From Candidatus Poribacteria bacterium (lineage in GTDB: Bacteria > Poribacteria > WGA-4E > GCA-2687025), in the NCBI GenBank assembly GCA_963665845.2, contig OY762492.1:2400001-2464000 (forward strand): 64,000 nucleotides of DNA, written 5' to 3'. How positions within the stretch are numbered: the first letter of the stretch is position 1; the number at the start of each line of letters is the position of its first letter. The position numbers and the translations under genes are program-made. The notes under the pieces were generated by a model. It did no database searches, had not been told where the DNA came from, and worked only from the letters and a program-made list of their open reading frames with translations. Positions 9,481 to 19,605 of the stretch are shown here, piece after piece.

Positions 9481-10785
9481 ATGAACACGCTAGAGTATAT
9501 CAACGTTGAAGGTTTGGACAAATGCACCCACTGCGGCTTCTGCCTCCCGACCTGCCCGACCTACGAGCAGCTCGGTTTTGAGATGGACTCGCCGCGCGGA
9601 CGCCTGTTTCTCATGAAAGCAGCGATAGAGGGCAGAGCCGAGATGGGCGAGCAGTTTGAAACGCACATGTATCGGTGCTTAGAATGCCGCGCATGCGAGA
9701 CGGCATGCCCCTCCGGCGTCCCGTTCGGCATACTGATGGAGCAGGCGCGCGCCGCGTATGAGGCGTCGGGGCGCCGCTCTTGGCTCCAGCGGCTGACGAT
9801 GCGCCTCGCCTACCGCTCCCTTCTGCCGAAGCAATGGCGGCTGCGTTTGCTCTTCGGGTTGATGCGCTTCTATCAGCGGTCGGGGCTTCAGAAGCTCGTC
9901 CGGCGGTCGGGCGTTCTGCGCCTGCTTGGACGCATGGGCGCGATGGAGGCGATGGCGCCGCCGCTGCCGTCGGGGCGTTTTTTGCGCGAGCTGAAACCGA
10001 TCATGCCGGCGCAGACAGAACGGCGTTACCGCGTCGGCTTTGTTGCGGGATGCGTCATGCAGCCGATGTTTGCCGATGTGAACGCGGCGACCGTCCGCGT
10101 CTTGACGCGCAACGGATGCGAGGTCGTAACCCCAAAACGGCAGCAATGCTGCGGCGCCCTGCATCTCCATAACGGCGTCCGAGACGAAGCGAAGCGTCTC
10201 GCAAAGCTGAACATCGAGACGTTTCTGGACGAGGAGCTGGACGCGGTCGTCATCAACTCGGCGGGATGCGGAGCCGCGCTGAAAGAGTACGGCGAGCTGT
10301 TTGAAGACGACCCAGAAATGCGGGACAAGGCGGAAGAGTTCAGCGAAAAAATGCGCGACGTCACGGAATGGCTTGTCGAGATCGGTTTTGAGCCGCCTGA
10401 ACATGCGATCGAGCGGCGGGCGACTTACGACGACCCATGCCATCTGCTGCACGGGCAGGGCGTCCGCGCGGAGCCGCGCAAGCTGATACAGAGCGTCCCA
10501 GGGCTTGCGTTTGACGAGATGGTCGAGGCGGACTGGTGTTGCGGAAGCGCGGGCGTCTATAACATCTTACAGCCCGAAATCGCCGAGCAGACGCTGGAGC
10601 GCAAGATGCCGCATGTGGAGGCGGCGCAGGCAGACCTGCTCATCACCGCGAACCCTGGATGCATGATCCAGCTGCGCGCCGGCATACAGAAACGGGGGCT
10701 TGAGACGCGCGTTCTGCATCTCATGGAGCTGCTGGACTGGGCGTACACGGGCGAAGAGCCGGATTCGATACGGCGCGGGTTTTAG
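9481..10785 (+). CDS. glcF: Glycolate oxidase Fe-S subunit-like protein (GlcF; CCG domains)
   Basis: CTHCGFCLPTCPT, SPRGR, CLECRACETACPSGV, two CCG motifs, DPCHL and ANPGC. Confidence 0.85.
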   Translation: MNTLEYINVEGLDKCTHCGFCLPTCPTYEQLGFEMDSPRGRLFLMKAAIEGRAEMGEQFETHMYRCLECRACETACPSGVPFGILMEQARAAYEASGRRSWLQRLTMRLAYRSLLPKQWRLRLLFGLMRFYQRSGLQKLVRRSGVLRLLGRMGAMEAMAPPLPSGRFLRELKPIMPAQTERRYRVGFVAGCVMQPMFADVNAATVRVLTRNGCEVVTPKRQQCCGALHLHNGVRDEAKRLAKLNIETFLDEELDAVVINSAGCGAALKEYGELFEDDPEMRDKAEEFSEKMRDVTEWLVEIGFEPPEHAIERRATYDDPCHLLHGQGVRAEPRKLIQSVPGLAFDEMVEADWCCGSAGVYNILQPEIAEQTLERKMPHVEAAQADLLITANPGCMIQLRAGIQKRGLETRVLHLMELLDWAYTGEEPDSIRRGF

Positions 10786-10965
10786 CGTCGGTCAAAAGAC
10801 CCGCTTGCCCATAAATCGTTGTTGCGCGCCGGCGAAAGCCATTGTGCGATACAGAGGAGAAGGAAATGGCCTGCCGGAGACAGGCGTGGAGGCTGTGAGA
10901 CCGAATGACGACGCGAAGTTCCTTTTCGAATGAGCTTGCTGCGCGCCCGGTTTTCATAGAAGGAG

Positions 10966-12099
10966 TTGATGATGCGCCGAAACGCAGAATTGTTCGCCGT
11001 TTGCGCGGTTGCCGCTGCGCTGCTGTTGGCGGGAGCTTCGCGCGCTTCCGCAGTCGGCGCGCTGCCGACGCCGAGAGAGGATGTGACGAAGCTGGAAAAG
11101 CCAACCATCAGCTACAACTCGTATGACGACTACGAGATTCGTCTCATGAACTGGGACGGGACAAACGACCGACTCTGGTTAAGCAATGGAAAGATCAGGT
11201 TCACTCCTCTGGAATGGTCGCCAAACGGCAAGCGCGCCGGGGTGATCACGTTCGACAAGAGGGGATACACGCCTTATGTGATTGATCTGAAAACCGGCCA
11301 ATCTAAAAATCTGATCGACTTGGGCATTCCCGAACCGAAGGGATCATATCGGTGCCTCGATTGGTCGCCCGACGGAAACTGGATGACGCTGGTCAACACC
11401 TGGTATGTTACCAACATCATCGTTCACGGGTTCATCTGCAAAGTGAACGTCGTGAACGGTAAATATGTCCGTCTGACAAAAAATCCGTGGATGCATCCAG
11501 ACAAACCGACATGGTCTCCGGACGGTAAAAGGATTGCGTTCAACGGTTTAAAAGAGCCTAGAATAGAAGGGGTTCCCGCCAACAGCGAAATTTTTGTGAT
11601 GAACGCCGAAGGGTCCAACCTGACGAACCTTACCGACCATCCGGCATGGGAAGAGTATCCAACCTGGTCTCCGGACGGGAAGAAGATCGTCTTTCGCGGC
11701 TACCGCGACAATCAGGAGATTGAGGTACGTCGTCCGGTGGGGCGGGGGGAGCTGTATATGATCGACCTGGAGAGCAGAGATGTGGAGCGGCTGACCTTCA
11801 ACACAGGCTGGGAAGGCTCAGTTTCTTGGTCTCCCGATTCCCGATGGATTGTGTATCGGGCGGGTCCTGTCGGTCCGGGTCCTGACGATAAGACTCCAGA
11901 GGGCGTTTACCGCATGCATCTCCCGACGAGGGAGGTTGTTCTCGTGCGGGAGATGGAGATACGCGATCCGAGATGGGTCTTGGCGGGCAAGAGCCGCTTC
12001 CTCTCCGTTGACCTTGCGGGTAAAAAAAAAGCCCAGTGGGGAGCGGTGAAAAAAGCGGACAGCAGCCCGAATAGTCCAACTTCGCAGGACGGCGAATGA
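10966..12099 (+). CDS. Secreted TolB-like/PD40 beta-propeller protein with C-terminal putative sorting motif
   Basis: Signal peptide; five WSP(D/N)(G/S) repeats; C-terminal SVDLAGKKKAQWGAVKK. Confidence 0.85.
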   Translation: MMMRRNAELFAVCAVAAALLLAGASRASAVGALPTPREDVTKLEKPTISYNSYDDYEIRLMNWDGTNDRLWLSNGKIRFTPLEWSPNGKRAGVITFDKRGYTPYVIDLKTGQSKNLIDLGIPEPKGSYRCLDWSPDGNWMTLVNTWYVTNIIVHGFICKVNVVNGKYVRLTKNPWMHPDKPTWSPDGKRIAFNGLKEPRIEGVPANSEIFVMNAEGSNLTNLTDHPAWEEYPTWSPDGKKIVFRGYRDNQEIEVRRPVGRGELYMIDLESRDVERLTFNTGWEGSVSWSPDSRWIVYRAGPVGPGPDDKTPEGVYRMHLPTREVVLVREMEIRDPRWVLAGKSRFLSVDLAGKKKAQWGAVKKADSSPNSPTSQDGE

Positions 12100-12179
12100 C
12101 GCGCGGGGAAGGTTTATGCCCTCGCGCAGGCGGGGGCATGCCTTCCCTTTGCATCTTTGCCGCATCCGAAACGGGGCGG

Positions 12180-12500
12180 TTATTCCTCCGTCGGTTCTTC
12201 TTCCGCCGCTCGTTTCTGCGCTTCCTTGACCGCGTTTTCAACCCGAAGATAGAGCATCCGCATATCGTAAAGGATGTTCTCAAGGTAGCTTTTTTCAGGG
12301 GCGGTGGCGTTCGACGCCGTTTTTTCTTCTAGGATCGTCAGCAGGTTGATGGCGTATTGGGCGTAAAGCAGGTCGATGACCGGCGCGTCGGTCTGCGGGT
12401 GATTCACCGCGCCGAGAGCCATCTTCGCCTGCGCCGCCAGAAAATCGACCAGCGCGTTCATGTTCGGCTCCGGAAAATGCCGTTCATCCATTTCAGCCAT
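12180..12500 (-). CDS. DUF1844 family protein
   Basis: LAAQAKMALG..HP......DL..A...I.LL.ILEEKT..N....E...L..ILY.MRM.Y pattern. Confidence 0.75.
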   Translation of the reverse strand: MAEMDERHFPEPNMNALVDFLAAQAKMALGAVNHPQTDAPVIDLLYAQYAINLLTILEEKTASNATAPEKSYLENILYDMRMLYLRVENAVKEAQKRAAEEEPTEE

Positions 12501-12501
12501 T

Positions 12502-13905
12502 TCAACTTTTCTCCCCGTTTGAGTTCGCGTCCGGGCGCGACGATTTCGGCGCAATGCGGACGCGCCGAACGCTCCGCTCATCCGCCTCCAGAACGATGAC
12601 CATCAGATCGTCCGTCTCGACGACATCGCTTTTTTCCGGTATCTTGTCCAGCCTGTGCATCAGAAAACCGCCAATCGTTTCGTAATTGCCTTCCGGTATG
12701 GCGGCGGCGTCTTTCAACATGCTCAGCTCCGTATCGCCGCCGCATTCAATGACGCCGGTTCGTTCGTTCAGATGGTAGATGTCATGCTCGTCGTCCCGTT
12801 CGTCCCGTATTTCGCCGACGATCTCTTCCACCAGGTCTTCCATCGTCACCAGCCCGACCACGTTTCCGCGCTCATCCACCGCAAACGCCATGGAACGGCG
12901 CTGAAGGCGCAGCTCCGCCAGCAGCGTCGAGACCAGCTTCGTTTCCGGCACAAAGAGCGGCTTTCGGCGTATGAACGGGTCGATCGTCTCGGCGCCCGCC
13001 TCGTCGTAGATCACATCCAGGATATAGACGATGCCGACGATGTCGTACGCCCGTTCCGAATAGACCGGCACGCGCGAATAGCCGGACTCGCGCACCTTTT
13101 CCATCAGCTCGTCGACCGAGGAGCCTTCCTGTATGGAGACGAAGTCGGCGAGGGGGCGCATCACCCGTTCCACGCGCTGCTCGTAGGTTTCCAGGACGCC
13201 ATGAATCATCTTGCGCTGGTCTTCTTCCAGCGCGCCGTCCTCTTCGCCTGTTTCGGCAAGTATGCGCAGGTCTTCGCGGGTGACAATCTCCGGCTGCCCC
13301 GTCTGACCTGTCAGGCGCATGAACGCTGTCGCCGCGCCGAGTATGACGAAGTTGACGGGTCGAAACGCCCAGTCGAACGCGCCGAGGAGAGGCGCGATGC
13401 GCCGCATGATGCGGTCGGGGTAGGCGCGCGCGAGCGACTTCGGCAGGATCTCTCCAAACAGAAGCAGCAGCGAGCCGACTGCAACTGTGTTGACGATGTC
13501 CAGATGCTCCTCCAGCGAGTACGCTTTCAGCAGGCTTCCCGCGACCACATAGCTGCAGACGCCGGCGCCCGCGTTCACCAGGTTGTTTCCGATTAGGATG
13601 GTCGCTTGCGTCCGTTCTTTAGGTTTATAAAGGGAGGCGGCTTTGCGCGCGGACGCGTCGCCCAGCTCCGCTTCCGCCTCCAGTTTCGGCAGATTGGCGC
13701 AGAGAAACGCCGTTTCGGAACCTGAAAAGAGAGCCGAAAACGCCAAACATCCCAGCGCGATGACAAGATAGAGCGCCGCGGAGGTTTCGTCTCCCGGTTG
13801 AGCTACGGCGCCGTTGTCCGCCAGAGCCGACAACGCGGCGCCGATGGCCGCGCCTACGGCGATCCAGCGGAAAGCGGAGCTGTAGGGGATCAATCGGCGC
13901 GTCAA
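12502..13905 (-). CDS. CNNM/CorB-type hemolysin-family protein (DUF21 + CBS + CorC)
   Basis: SALFSGSETAF, ILIGNN, FGEILPK, YSRVPVY, VDERG and EDLVEEIVGEIRDE. Confidence 0.9.
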   Translation of the reverse strand: MTRRLIPYSSAFRWIAVGAAIGAALSALADNGAVAQPGDETSAALYLVIALGCLAFSALFSGSETAFLCANLPKLEAEAELGDASARKAASLYKPKERTQATILIGNNLVNAGAGVCSYVVAGSLLKAYSLEEHLDIVNTVAVGSLLLLFGEILPKSLARAYPDRIMRRIAPLLGAFDWAFRPVNFVILGAATAFMRLTGQTGQPEIVTREDLRILAETGEEDGALEEDQRKMIHGVLETYEQRVERVMRPLADFVSIQEGSSVDELMEKVRESGYSRVPVYSERAYDIVGIVYILDVIYDEAGAETIDPFIRRKPLFVPETKLVSTLLAELRLQRRSMAFAVDERGNVVGLVTMEDLVEEIVGEIRDERDDEHDIYHLNERTGVIECGGDTELSMLKDAAAIPEGNYETIGGFLMHRLDKIPEKSDVVETDDLMVIVLEADERSVRRVRIAPKSSRPDANSNGEKS

Positions 13906-15323
13906 GCGTTCTCTCCTTCCTCGTCCGTTTCATCGGGGCGGCGCGTCACCAGCGCCGACAAAATGCGTTCGCCGTCCATCTCGGTCACGGTGAAGGTGTA
14001 GCCCAGCTCGTCCGTCACCGAATCGCCCGCCGACGGGGCTTGTCCGAACAGGTTGAACATATACCCGCCGAGTGTGACCGCGTCTTCGTCATGAAAAGAG
14101 GTTTCCAGCAGCTTGGAGGCGGCGCGCAAACTGGTCTTCGCGGGCAGCGGAATGCCGCCCTTCTCAAGCAGCGTCAGATCGTACTCTTCCGCTTCCTCTT
14201 CCAGCTCATCGTCGTCATCGTATTCGTCCACGATTTCGCCGACAATCTCCTCCACAATATCCTCTAGCGTCGCGAGGCCGGCGACGCCGGCGTATTCGTC
14301 CAGCAGGATCGCCATCTGCGTTCCGGCGTCGGAGAAGTCGTTCAGGAGCGCATGGAGCGGCTTCGATTCGGGCGCTTTGAGCGGCGGGCGGATCAGCGTC
14401 TCTTTGCCTTCTGGACGGTTGCGCATCCGCTCCATCAGCTCGCCGATGGTCGCGTCCAGGTCGGGCTGACCGGGGAAGTGGATCGGGAGGTCTTTGACAT
14501 GCAGAACGCCGACGATCTTGTCCGGCGTCTCGTCATAGACCGGCAGCCGCGAGTGTCCGACGCTGCGCGCCGTTTCAAGCGCTTCGCGCAGCGTTCGCCC
14601 TTTTTCGACGCAGACCATCTCGGTGCGCGGGACCAGTATGTCTTTCGCCTGCGTGTCTTGCAGGTCGAAGACGCGGTCAATGAGACGGCGTTCGTCCGTT
14701 TCGATCTGTCCCGTTTCGGCTCCCGCGTCGGCGGCGCCGCGTATCTCCTCCTCGGTGACGGCAGGTTCGGCGGACGGATTGCGCAGACGAAAGACGCGCA
14801 CCACCATATCGATTGCCCAGCGCATAGAGAAACGGAGCGGAGCGAGCAGACGCGAGCAGAACCAAAGCGGCAACGCGATAAAAGCCGAGACGCGGTCCGC
14901 ATGCCGTATGGCGAAGGTTTTCGGTCCGATCTCGCCGAAAAACAGCGTCAGAAGTGTCGCCGAGACGACCGCGGCGGAGGCGGCGTACTGGGCGCTCCAT
15001 TGGAAGACGTTGTCGCTGACCTGCTGCCATGAGGAGGCGACGACGGTCGCGATGGCGGCGTTCACAAAGGCGTTGCCGATCAGGGAGGTGTTGAGCAGGT
15101 TGCGCGGGTTGTCGACAAACATGACGATGCGGCGGCTGATGAGGCTTTTGGAGTCGCGCCGCCTGCGCACCTGGGAGCGGCTTAGGGTGAACATGGCAGT
15201 CTCGGAACTGGAGAAGAAGCCGGACAGCATGAGCAGCCCGCAAAGAAGCGCCGCTTCAGGAGCCAAGCCGCGGAGCGTCTCCATCAGTTTTGAGAGGTAT
15301 GCTTGTAACGAAGACTCGTCCAA
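13902..15323 (-). CDS. CNNM/CorB-type hemolysin-family protein (DUF21 + CBS + CorC)
   Basis: SGFFSSSETA, LIGN, FGEIGPK, HSRLPVY, DEYAG and EDIVEEIVGEIVDE; stop overlaps the next gene's start. Confidence 0.9.
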   Translation of the reverse strand: MDESSLQAYLSKLMETLRGLAPEAALLCGLLMLSGFFSSSETAMFTLSRSQVRRRRDSKSLISRRIVMFVDNPRNLLNTSLIGNAFVNAAIATVVASSWQQVSDNVFQWSAQYAASAAVVSATLLTLFFGEIGPKTFAIRHADRVSAFIALPLWFCSRLLAPLRFSMRWAIDMVVRVFRLRNPSAEPAVTEEEIRGAADAGAETGQIETDERRLIDRVFDLQDTQAKDILVPRTEMVCVEKGRTLREALETARSVGHSRLPVYDETPDKIVGVLHVKDLPIHFPGQPDLDATIGELMERMRNRPEGKETLIRPPLKAPESKPLHALLNDFSDAGTQMAILLDEYAGVAGLATLEDIVEEIVGEIVDEYDDDDELEEEAEEYDLTLLEKGGIPLPAKTSLRAASKLLETSFHDEDAVTLGGYMFNLFGQAPSAGDSVTDELGYTFTVTEMDGERILSALVTRRPDETDEEGENA

Positions 15324-15347
15324 AAATCGCCTCCAGCGATGCGGGCT

Positions 15348-15650
15348 TTAGCCGTCCGTGTCCCGTTGGGAGCGGCGTTTCATTTTTTCTTGAAACGCGG
15401 TTTCTAGATCAACGCCGGTCTGATTCGCCAGCGCCAGCAGCACAAACAGTATATCCGCCATCTCCTCGTCCAGATTGCGCGACCTGTCGGACGGCTTCCA
15501 GCGCTGGTCGCCGTATTGACGCGACATGACGCGCGCCAGCTCCCCGACCTCCTCCATCAGAACGACCGCGTTCGTCAGCTCGGAGTAGTAACCTTCCGTC
15601 GTGGATGCGATCCACTCGTCCACCTGCCGCTGCGCTTCCCGTATCGACAT
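15348..15650 (-). CDS. MazG-like nucleotide pyrophosphohydrolase (YpjD-like)
   Basis: LMEEVGELAR and DEEMADILFVL motifs; start at ATG 15650 (MSIREAQ). Confidence 0.85.
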   Translation of the reverse strand: MSIREAQRQVDEWIASTTEGYYSELTNAVVLMEEVGELARVMSRQYGDQRWKPSDRSRNLDEEMADILFVLLALANQTGVDLETAFQEKMKRRSQRDTDG

Positions 15651-15775
15651 TTGCCCCCGCTGTGTTCGCCCGCAATGAAAATCTAGCGTACCATGAGTTC
15701 GAACGCAATGCAAGCAAACCGATTTAACCCTAGAGCGTTCGCCCCCTCGGAAAACCCCCCAGCCCCCCTTTTCAA

Positions 15776-16797
15776 GGGGTACTACACGTTTGACTATATA
15801 AGCGGATTGCGCTACTCTAAAGGAAGATTGAGAAAGGAAATTCCAATGCAATCTACCAGTATCTACGAGATTTTTGAAAAATATCCCGATGAAAAAAGCG
15901 CCGCCCGATTCTTTGAAGAAAGCCGATGGCCGAACCACATCTGCTGCCCCCGATGCGATTCCAAAAACATCGCCCGAGTGAAAAACGCCAAACCGATGCC
16001 GCTCAGATGCCGAACATGCCGCAAGTATTTCAGCGTCCGCACGGGAACCATCATGGAGAAAAGCAAAATCCCCCTCCATATGTGGCTTCTGGCGCTCTAC
16101 TTGCTCCTGACGTTTAAAAAAGGCGTATCGAGCGTTACGATGGGAAAAATACTGGGCATAAGGAACCAGACTCCGCATGGTCCCTAGGCCGCCGCATCCG
16201 AGCCGCGATGGTAAGCGACGACGAAATGCTGAGCGGAACCGTGGAGATAGACGAGGTCTACGTCGGCGGCAAAGAGAGTAATAAGCATCGCAGGAAAAAG
16301 CTGGGCGTCAGAAGCGGAACCCGCGGCAAGCAGACCGTGATCGGCATGCGTCAAAGAAACGGCGAAATCCGCGCGTTTCTGCTGGACAATATGAAGATAA
16401 AAACGGTTCATGGCGCTGTAAGGGCGAATGTGGCGCCTGGGTCCACCGTTTATACCGACGCTCTCTCGACCTACAAGGGCATGGGGAATACACGCATGCC
16501 GCTGTCTCGCATCAGAAAGGCGAGTATGTTCGCGGCGATGTTCACACCAACAGCATCGAGTCGTTCTGGGCCGTCCTGAAACGCGGATACCGCGGCGTTT
16601 ACCATTTCATGTCATTTAAACATCTGGGTTTATATGTCAGCGAATTCGTGTATCGGTTCAATGTTGGCATCGACAACAGCCTGGACACTCTCGGCAAACT
16701 GATTCCGCGCATGGTCGGCAAGCGTCTCACCTTTGCGGATCTGAAAGGAGAGGGCGGCGAGAAACGACAGCAAATGGCTATCTAGGAATATAGCCCC
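15776..16797 (+). mobile_element. IS1595-family insertion sequence, copy 1 (decayed)
   Basis: GGGG...CCCC ends; transposase zinc ribbon and DDE motifs; 3' half nearly identical to the copy at 47193. Confidence 0.85.
15846..16785 (+). pseudogene. IS1595 transposase, frameshifted
   Basis: RWP..CPRC..CRTCRKYFSVRTGT, VEIDEVYVGG, YTD and HTNSIESFW are split over three ORF segments (breaks near 16170 and 16490). Confidence 0.85.
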
Positions 16798-16895
16798 CCT
16801 TGAAAAGGGTCGCGTCCGATTCCCCCCTTGAAAAGGGGGGCTGGGGGGGTTTAAGGGCGGCAGTCGCGCAAAAAAGAATACCATGCATGGGCGTA

Positions 16896-17897
16896 CTACC
16901 GCTGCGCCTCGTCTATGTCCCAAATCAGAACCTCGTTATTGGAAAATGCGGCGACCGAACTGCCGTCAGGAGAAACCGCAATCGGAATGGAGCTGATTGT
17001 TCCCAGTGGATTATGAAGCGTTTGAAGCAGCGCGCCTGTTTTGACATCCCATATCTTAATGGTTTTCTCTCCGCCGGTGACGATCCTCTTTCCGTCCGGC
17101 AAATAGGCGGCAGAATGAAGTAATTCTTGATGGGGGTCCAACGTCTGAAGCAGCGCGCCTGTCTTGACATCCCATATCCAGACGGCCTCGTCAACGGTCT
17201 CGTAAAAGGATACGCTGGCAAGCTTCTTTCCGTCCGGCGAATACGCCGCCGAAAAAGCGAAGAAGAAAGCCCCTTGAAGCGTATGAAGCAGCGCGCCTGT
17301 TTTCACATCCCATATCTTGACCGAGCGGTCGCCGTTTACGGCCGCGATCGTCTTTCCATCCGGAGAAAATACGATCGAAATTTGGCGATCTCTATATTGC
17401 GCAACTTCATGGAGCGTCTGAAGCAGCGCGCCTGTTTTGACATCCCAAATAGTGATCGAATTTGCGGGAAGTCCATCCGCCGCGGCGATTTTCTGTCCGT
17501 CCGGCGAATACGCAGCGCTGGATCTGTAGGGTCGGGCAATTTGTCTGAGCGTTTGTACGTTCTCAACATTCCACAGGCATAAACCGGGGCTGCCGCCGGC
17601 GACGGCGATCGTTGCCCCTTCGGGAGAAACGGCCGCGGAGCGGGCGCCGCTGTAATTCGCCGTATGGAGAAGCCGGCCTGAGACGGCGTCCCAGATATGA
17701 ACGCCGTCATCGCCTGCAGTGGCGATCCTCTTGCCGTCAGGGAAAAAGGCGGCAGACCAAGCGCGGACAGCATGCCCCGGCAAAATGATGCGAGGCTCAA
17801 TTGCTTCCGTATCAGCGCCGCGCATGAGCAGAAAAAAAGCGGCAACGGCCGTCAGCGCGGCCGCCGAACCGATGATCAGCCGTTTATACATGCCCAT
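16896..17897 (-). CDS. Membrane-anchored WD40-repeat protein
   Basis: N-terminal hydrophobic helix; repeated (Y/F)SPDGK...IWDVKTGALL(Q/H)TL units. Confidence 0.9.
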   Translation of the reverse strand: MGMYKRLIIGSAAALTAVAAFFLLMRGADTEAIEPRIILPGHAVRAWSAAFFPDGKRIATAGDDGVHIWDAVSGRLLHTANYSGARSAAVSPEGATIAVAGGSPGLCLWNVENVQTLRQIARPYRSSAAYSPDGQKIAAADGLPANSITIWDVKTGALLQTLHEVAQYRDRQISIVFSPDGKTIAAVNGDRSVKIWDVKTGALLHTLQGAFFFAFSAAYSPDGKKLASVSFYETVDEAVWIWDVKTGALLQTLDPHQELLHSAAYLPDGKRIVTGGEKTIKIWDVKTGALLQTLHNPLGTISSIPIAVSPDGSSVAAFSNNEVLIWDIDEAQR

Positions 17898-17994
17898 GGA
17901 CGCCTTAACTGCCCCTGGATACTGTCGCCTTTGAAATAAAGCGTTCCGTCCAGGTCGATCAGCAGCGCTTCAATCGGCGCCTGCTCTTCTCCCG

Positions 17995-19560
17995 TCATGG
18001 ATTTGCAGAACGCGCAGGCTCGCCGTCCGAGAGCCGCCGCTGCCCCGCGACAATGAGCGTATCGCCAAAGTTCAACCCCTCCGTCACTTCGACCCTGTCG
18101 CCGTCCCGCAGCCCGAGCTGAACCGGTCGGCGAACGGCAAACCCGTTCTCCAACACAAACGCCGCCCCGTCCACCACCGCGGAGAGCGGAATGACGATCG
18201 CGTTCGCCCGCTCCTCCACCGCCGCGGACACGGACGCGAACATCCCAGGACGCAAAAACCCCGTCTCATTGGACGCGACAATCTCCACACGCGCCGAACG
18301 GGTAACAGGGTTCAACTTCGGCGGAATCACATACACATGCCCCTCCACCGGCGCCGGCGCGCCGACCGCCGTAATCAGAACGCGCATGCCGAGAGAGACG
18401 CTCGGCAGATCCGCGTCGATCACATCCACCACCGCCTTCACCGTCTGAACGTCCATGATCTCAAACGCGGGCGAGGCGGGGGACGCAAACCCGCCCTGCT
18501 CTACCCGCCGCTCCGACACGACGCCTGAAATCGGCGAAACGATGACCGCGTCCAGCCATTTCTTTTTTGCCAGCTCCCAGCTCGCTTCCGCCAGCGCGCG
18601 GTTCGCCCGCGCCGTGTCGATCTCCGCCTTCCAGCTCAGCGCGTTCTCCTGCGCGAGCGCGATCTTTTCGCCCGACTCGGCGAGCTGGAGCTTCGTTCGC
18701 GCCGTCTGCAGATCGGTTTCCCACGTCTCCGCGTTCACCTGCGTCATGGCGAGGTCTAGCGCCGCCTGCGCCTGCGCCGCCTGCGCCTGCATCGCGTCCA
18801 CATCTTCCAACCGCGCGCCGTTTTCGATGGCGTTCAGCGCCTCGGACGCGGTGTCGCGCCGCGCGCGGGCGACGTCCAGCGCCGTCTCTGCCGCTTCTCT
18901 GTCCCGTTCGCTGAGGGCGCCCTCCTCAAACAGCCGCCGCGCGCGTCCGTATGCTTTCTCCGCCTGCTTCAGGTTCGCCTCCGCCAGCGAGAGCGCCGCC
19001 CGCGCCTGTTCCCGTTCCTCGCTTCGCGCGCCCGCTTTTATCTTGTTCAGGGACGCCTGCGCCGCGTCAAGAGCCGCCTGCGCCTGCGCCGCCTTCAGCT
19101 GAACCGTTCGCTTTCCAATCTTGTTCGCCATTTCCAACGCTTGGCGCGCCGCTTCCGCCGACGCATGGGCGTCCGCGACGCGCGCCGCCGCCCGCGTTTT
19201 GGCGAGAGCCTGTGTCTGCTCATGCGCGATGCGGGCGGCGGCGTACTGCGCCTCTGCCTGCTTCGCCGCGAGCCTCAAGGTTTCGTCGTCCACCGCGGCG
19301 AGCAGATGCCCCTTCTCCACCCTATCGCCGACCTCCACCGCCAGCTCTACGATCTCGCCCGCAACCTTTGGCATGACCAGCACAGCGGAGCGCGCCTCTA
19401 TCGTTCCCGACCACTCCAGCCGCTTGTCGATGCGCCCGCTTCTGACCGGCTCCGTTTGAACCAGTCGAGGCGTCGGCATCTCTTGATCTGTTTGACTGGT
19501 TTCTTGACCGATGAGGACCGCAGCCGCAACCGCTAGAAATACCGCCAAAGCGCGCTTCAT
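17995..19560 (-). CDS. Efflux RND periplasmic adaptor (HlyD/MFP family) with long coiled coil
   Basis: V.PKVAGEI..L.VEVGD.V.KG, GARxE repeats, SPISGVV, LRPGMF and VEVTEGL..GD. Confidence 0.88.
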   Translation of the reverse strand: MKRALAVFLAVAAAVLIGQETSQTDQEMPTPRLVQTEPVRSGRIDKRLEWSGTIEARSAVLVMPKVAGEIVELAVEVGDRVEKGHLLAAVDDETLRLAAKQAEAQYAAARIAHEQTQALAKTRAAARVADAHASAEAARQALEMANKIGKRTVQLKAAQAQAALDAAQASLNKIKAGARSEEREQARAALSLAEANLKQAEKAYGRARRLFEEGALSERDREAAETALDVARARRDTASEALNAIENGARLEDVDAMQAQAAQAQAALDLAMTQVNAETWETDLQTARTKLQLAESGEKIALAQENALSWKAEIDTARANRALAEASWELAKKKWLDAVIVSPISGVVSERRVEQGGFASPASPAFEIMDVQTVKAVVDVIDADLPSVSLGMRVLITAVGAPAPVEGHVYVIPPKLNPVTRSARVEIVASNETGFLRPGMFASVSAAVEERANAIVIPLSAVVDGAAFVLENGFAVRRPVQLGLRDGDRVEVTEGLNFGDTLIVAGQRRLSDGEPARSANP

Positions 19561-19605
19561 TGTCCACTCCGTTTCAAGCGAAGATGCAGAACGCAACACG
19601 CCCGA

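Noticed and set aside
12022-12030. A9 homopolymer as a phase-variation switch
   Set aside because: It is in frame (KKK) near the C-terminus, with no sign of frameshifting.
15651-16178. N-terminal extension of the MazG ORF (276 aa in the track)
   Set aside because: The extension is antisense IS1595 and repeat sequence; MazG homology starts at 15650.
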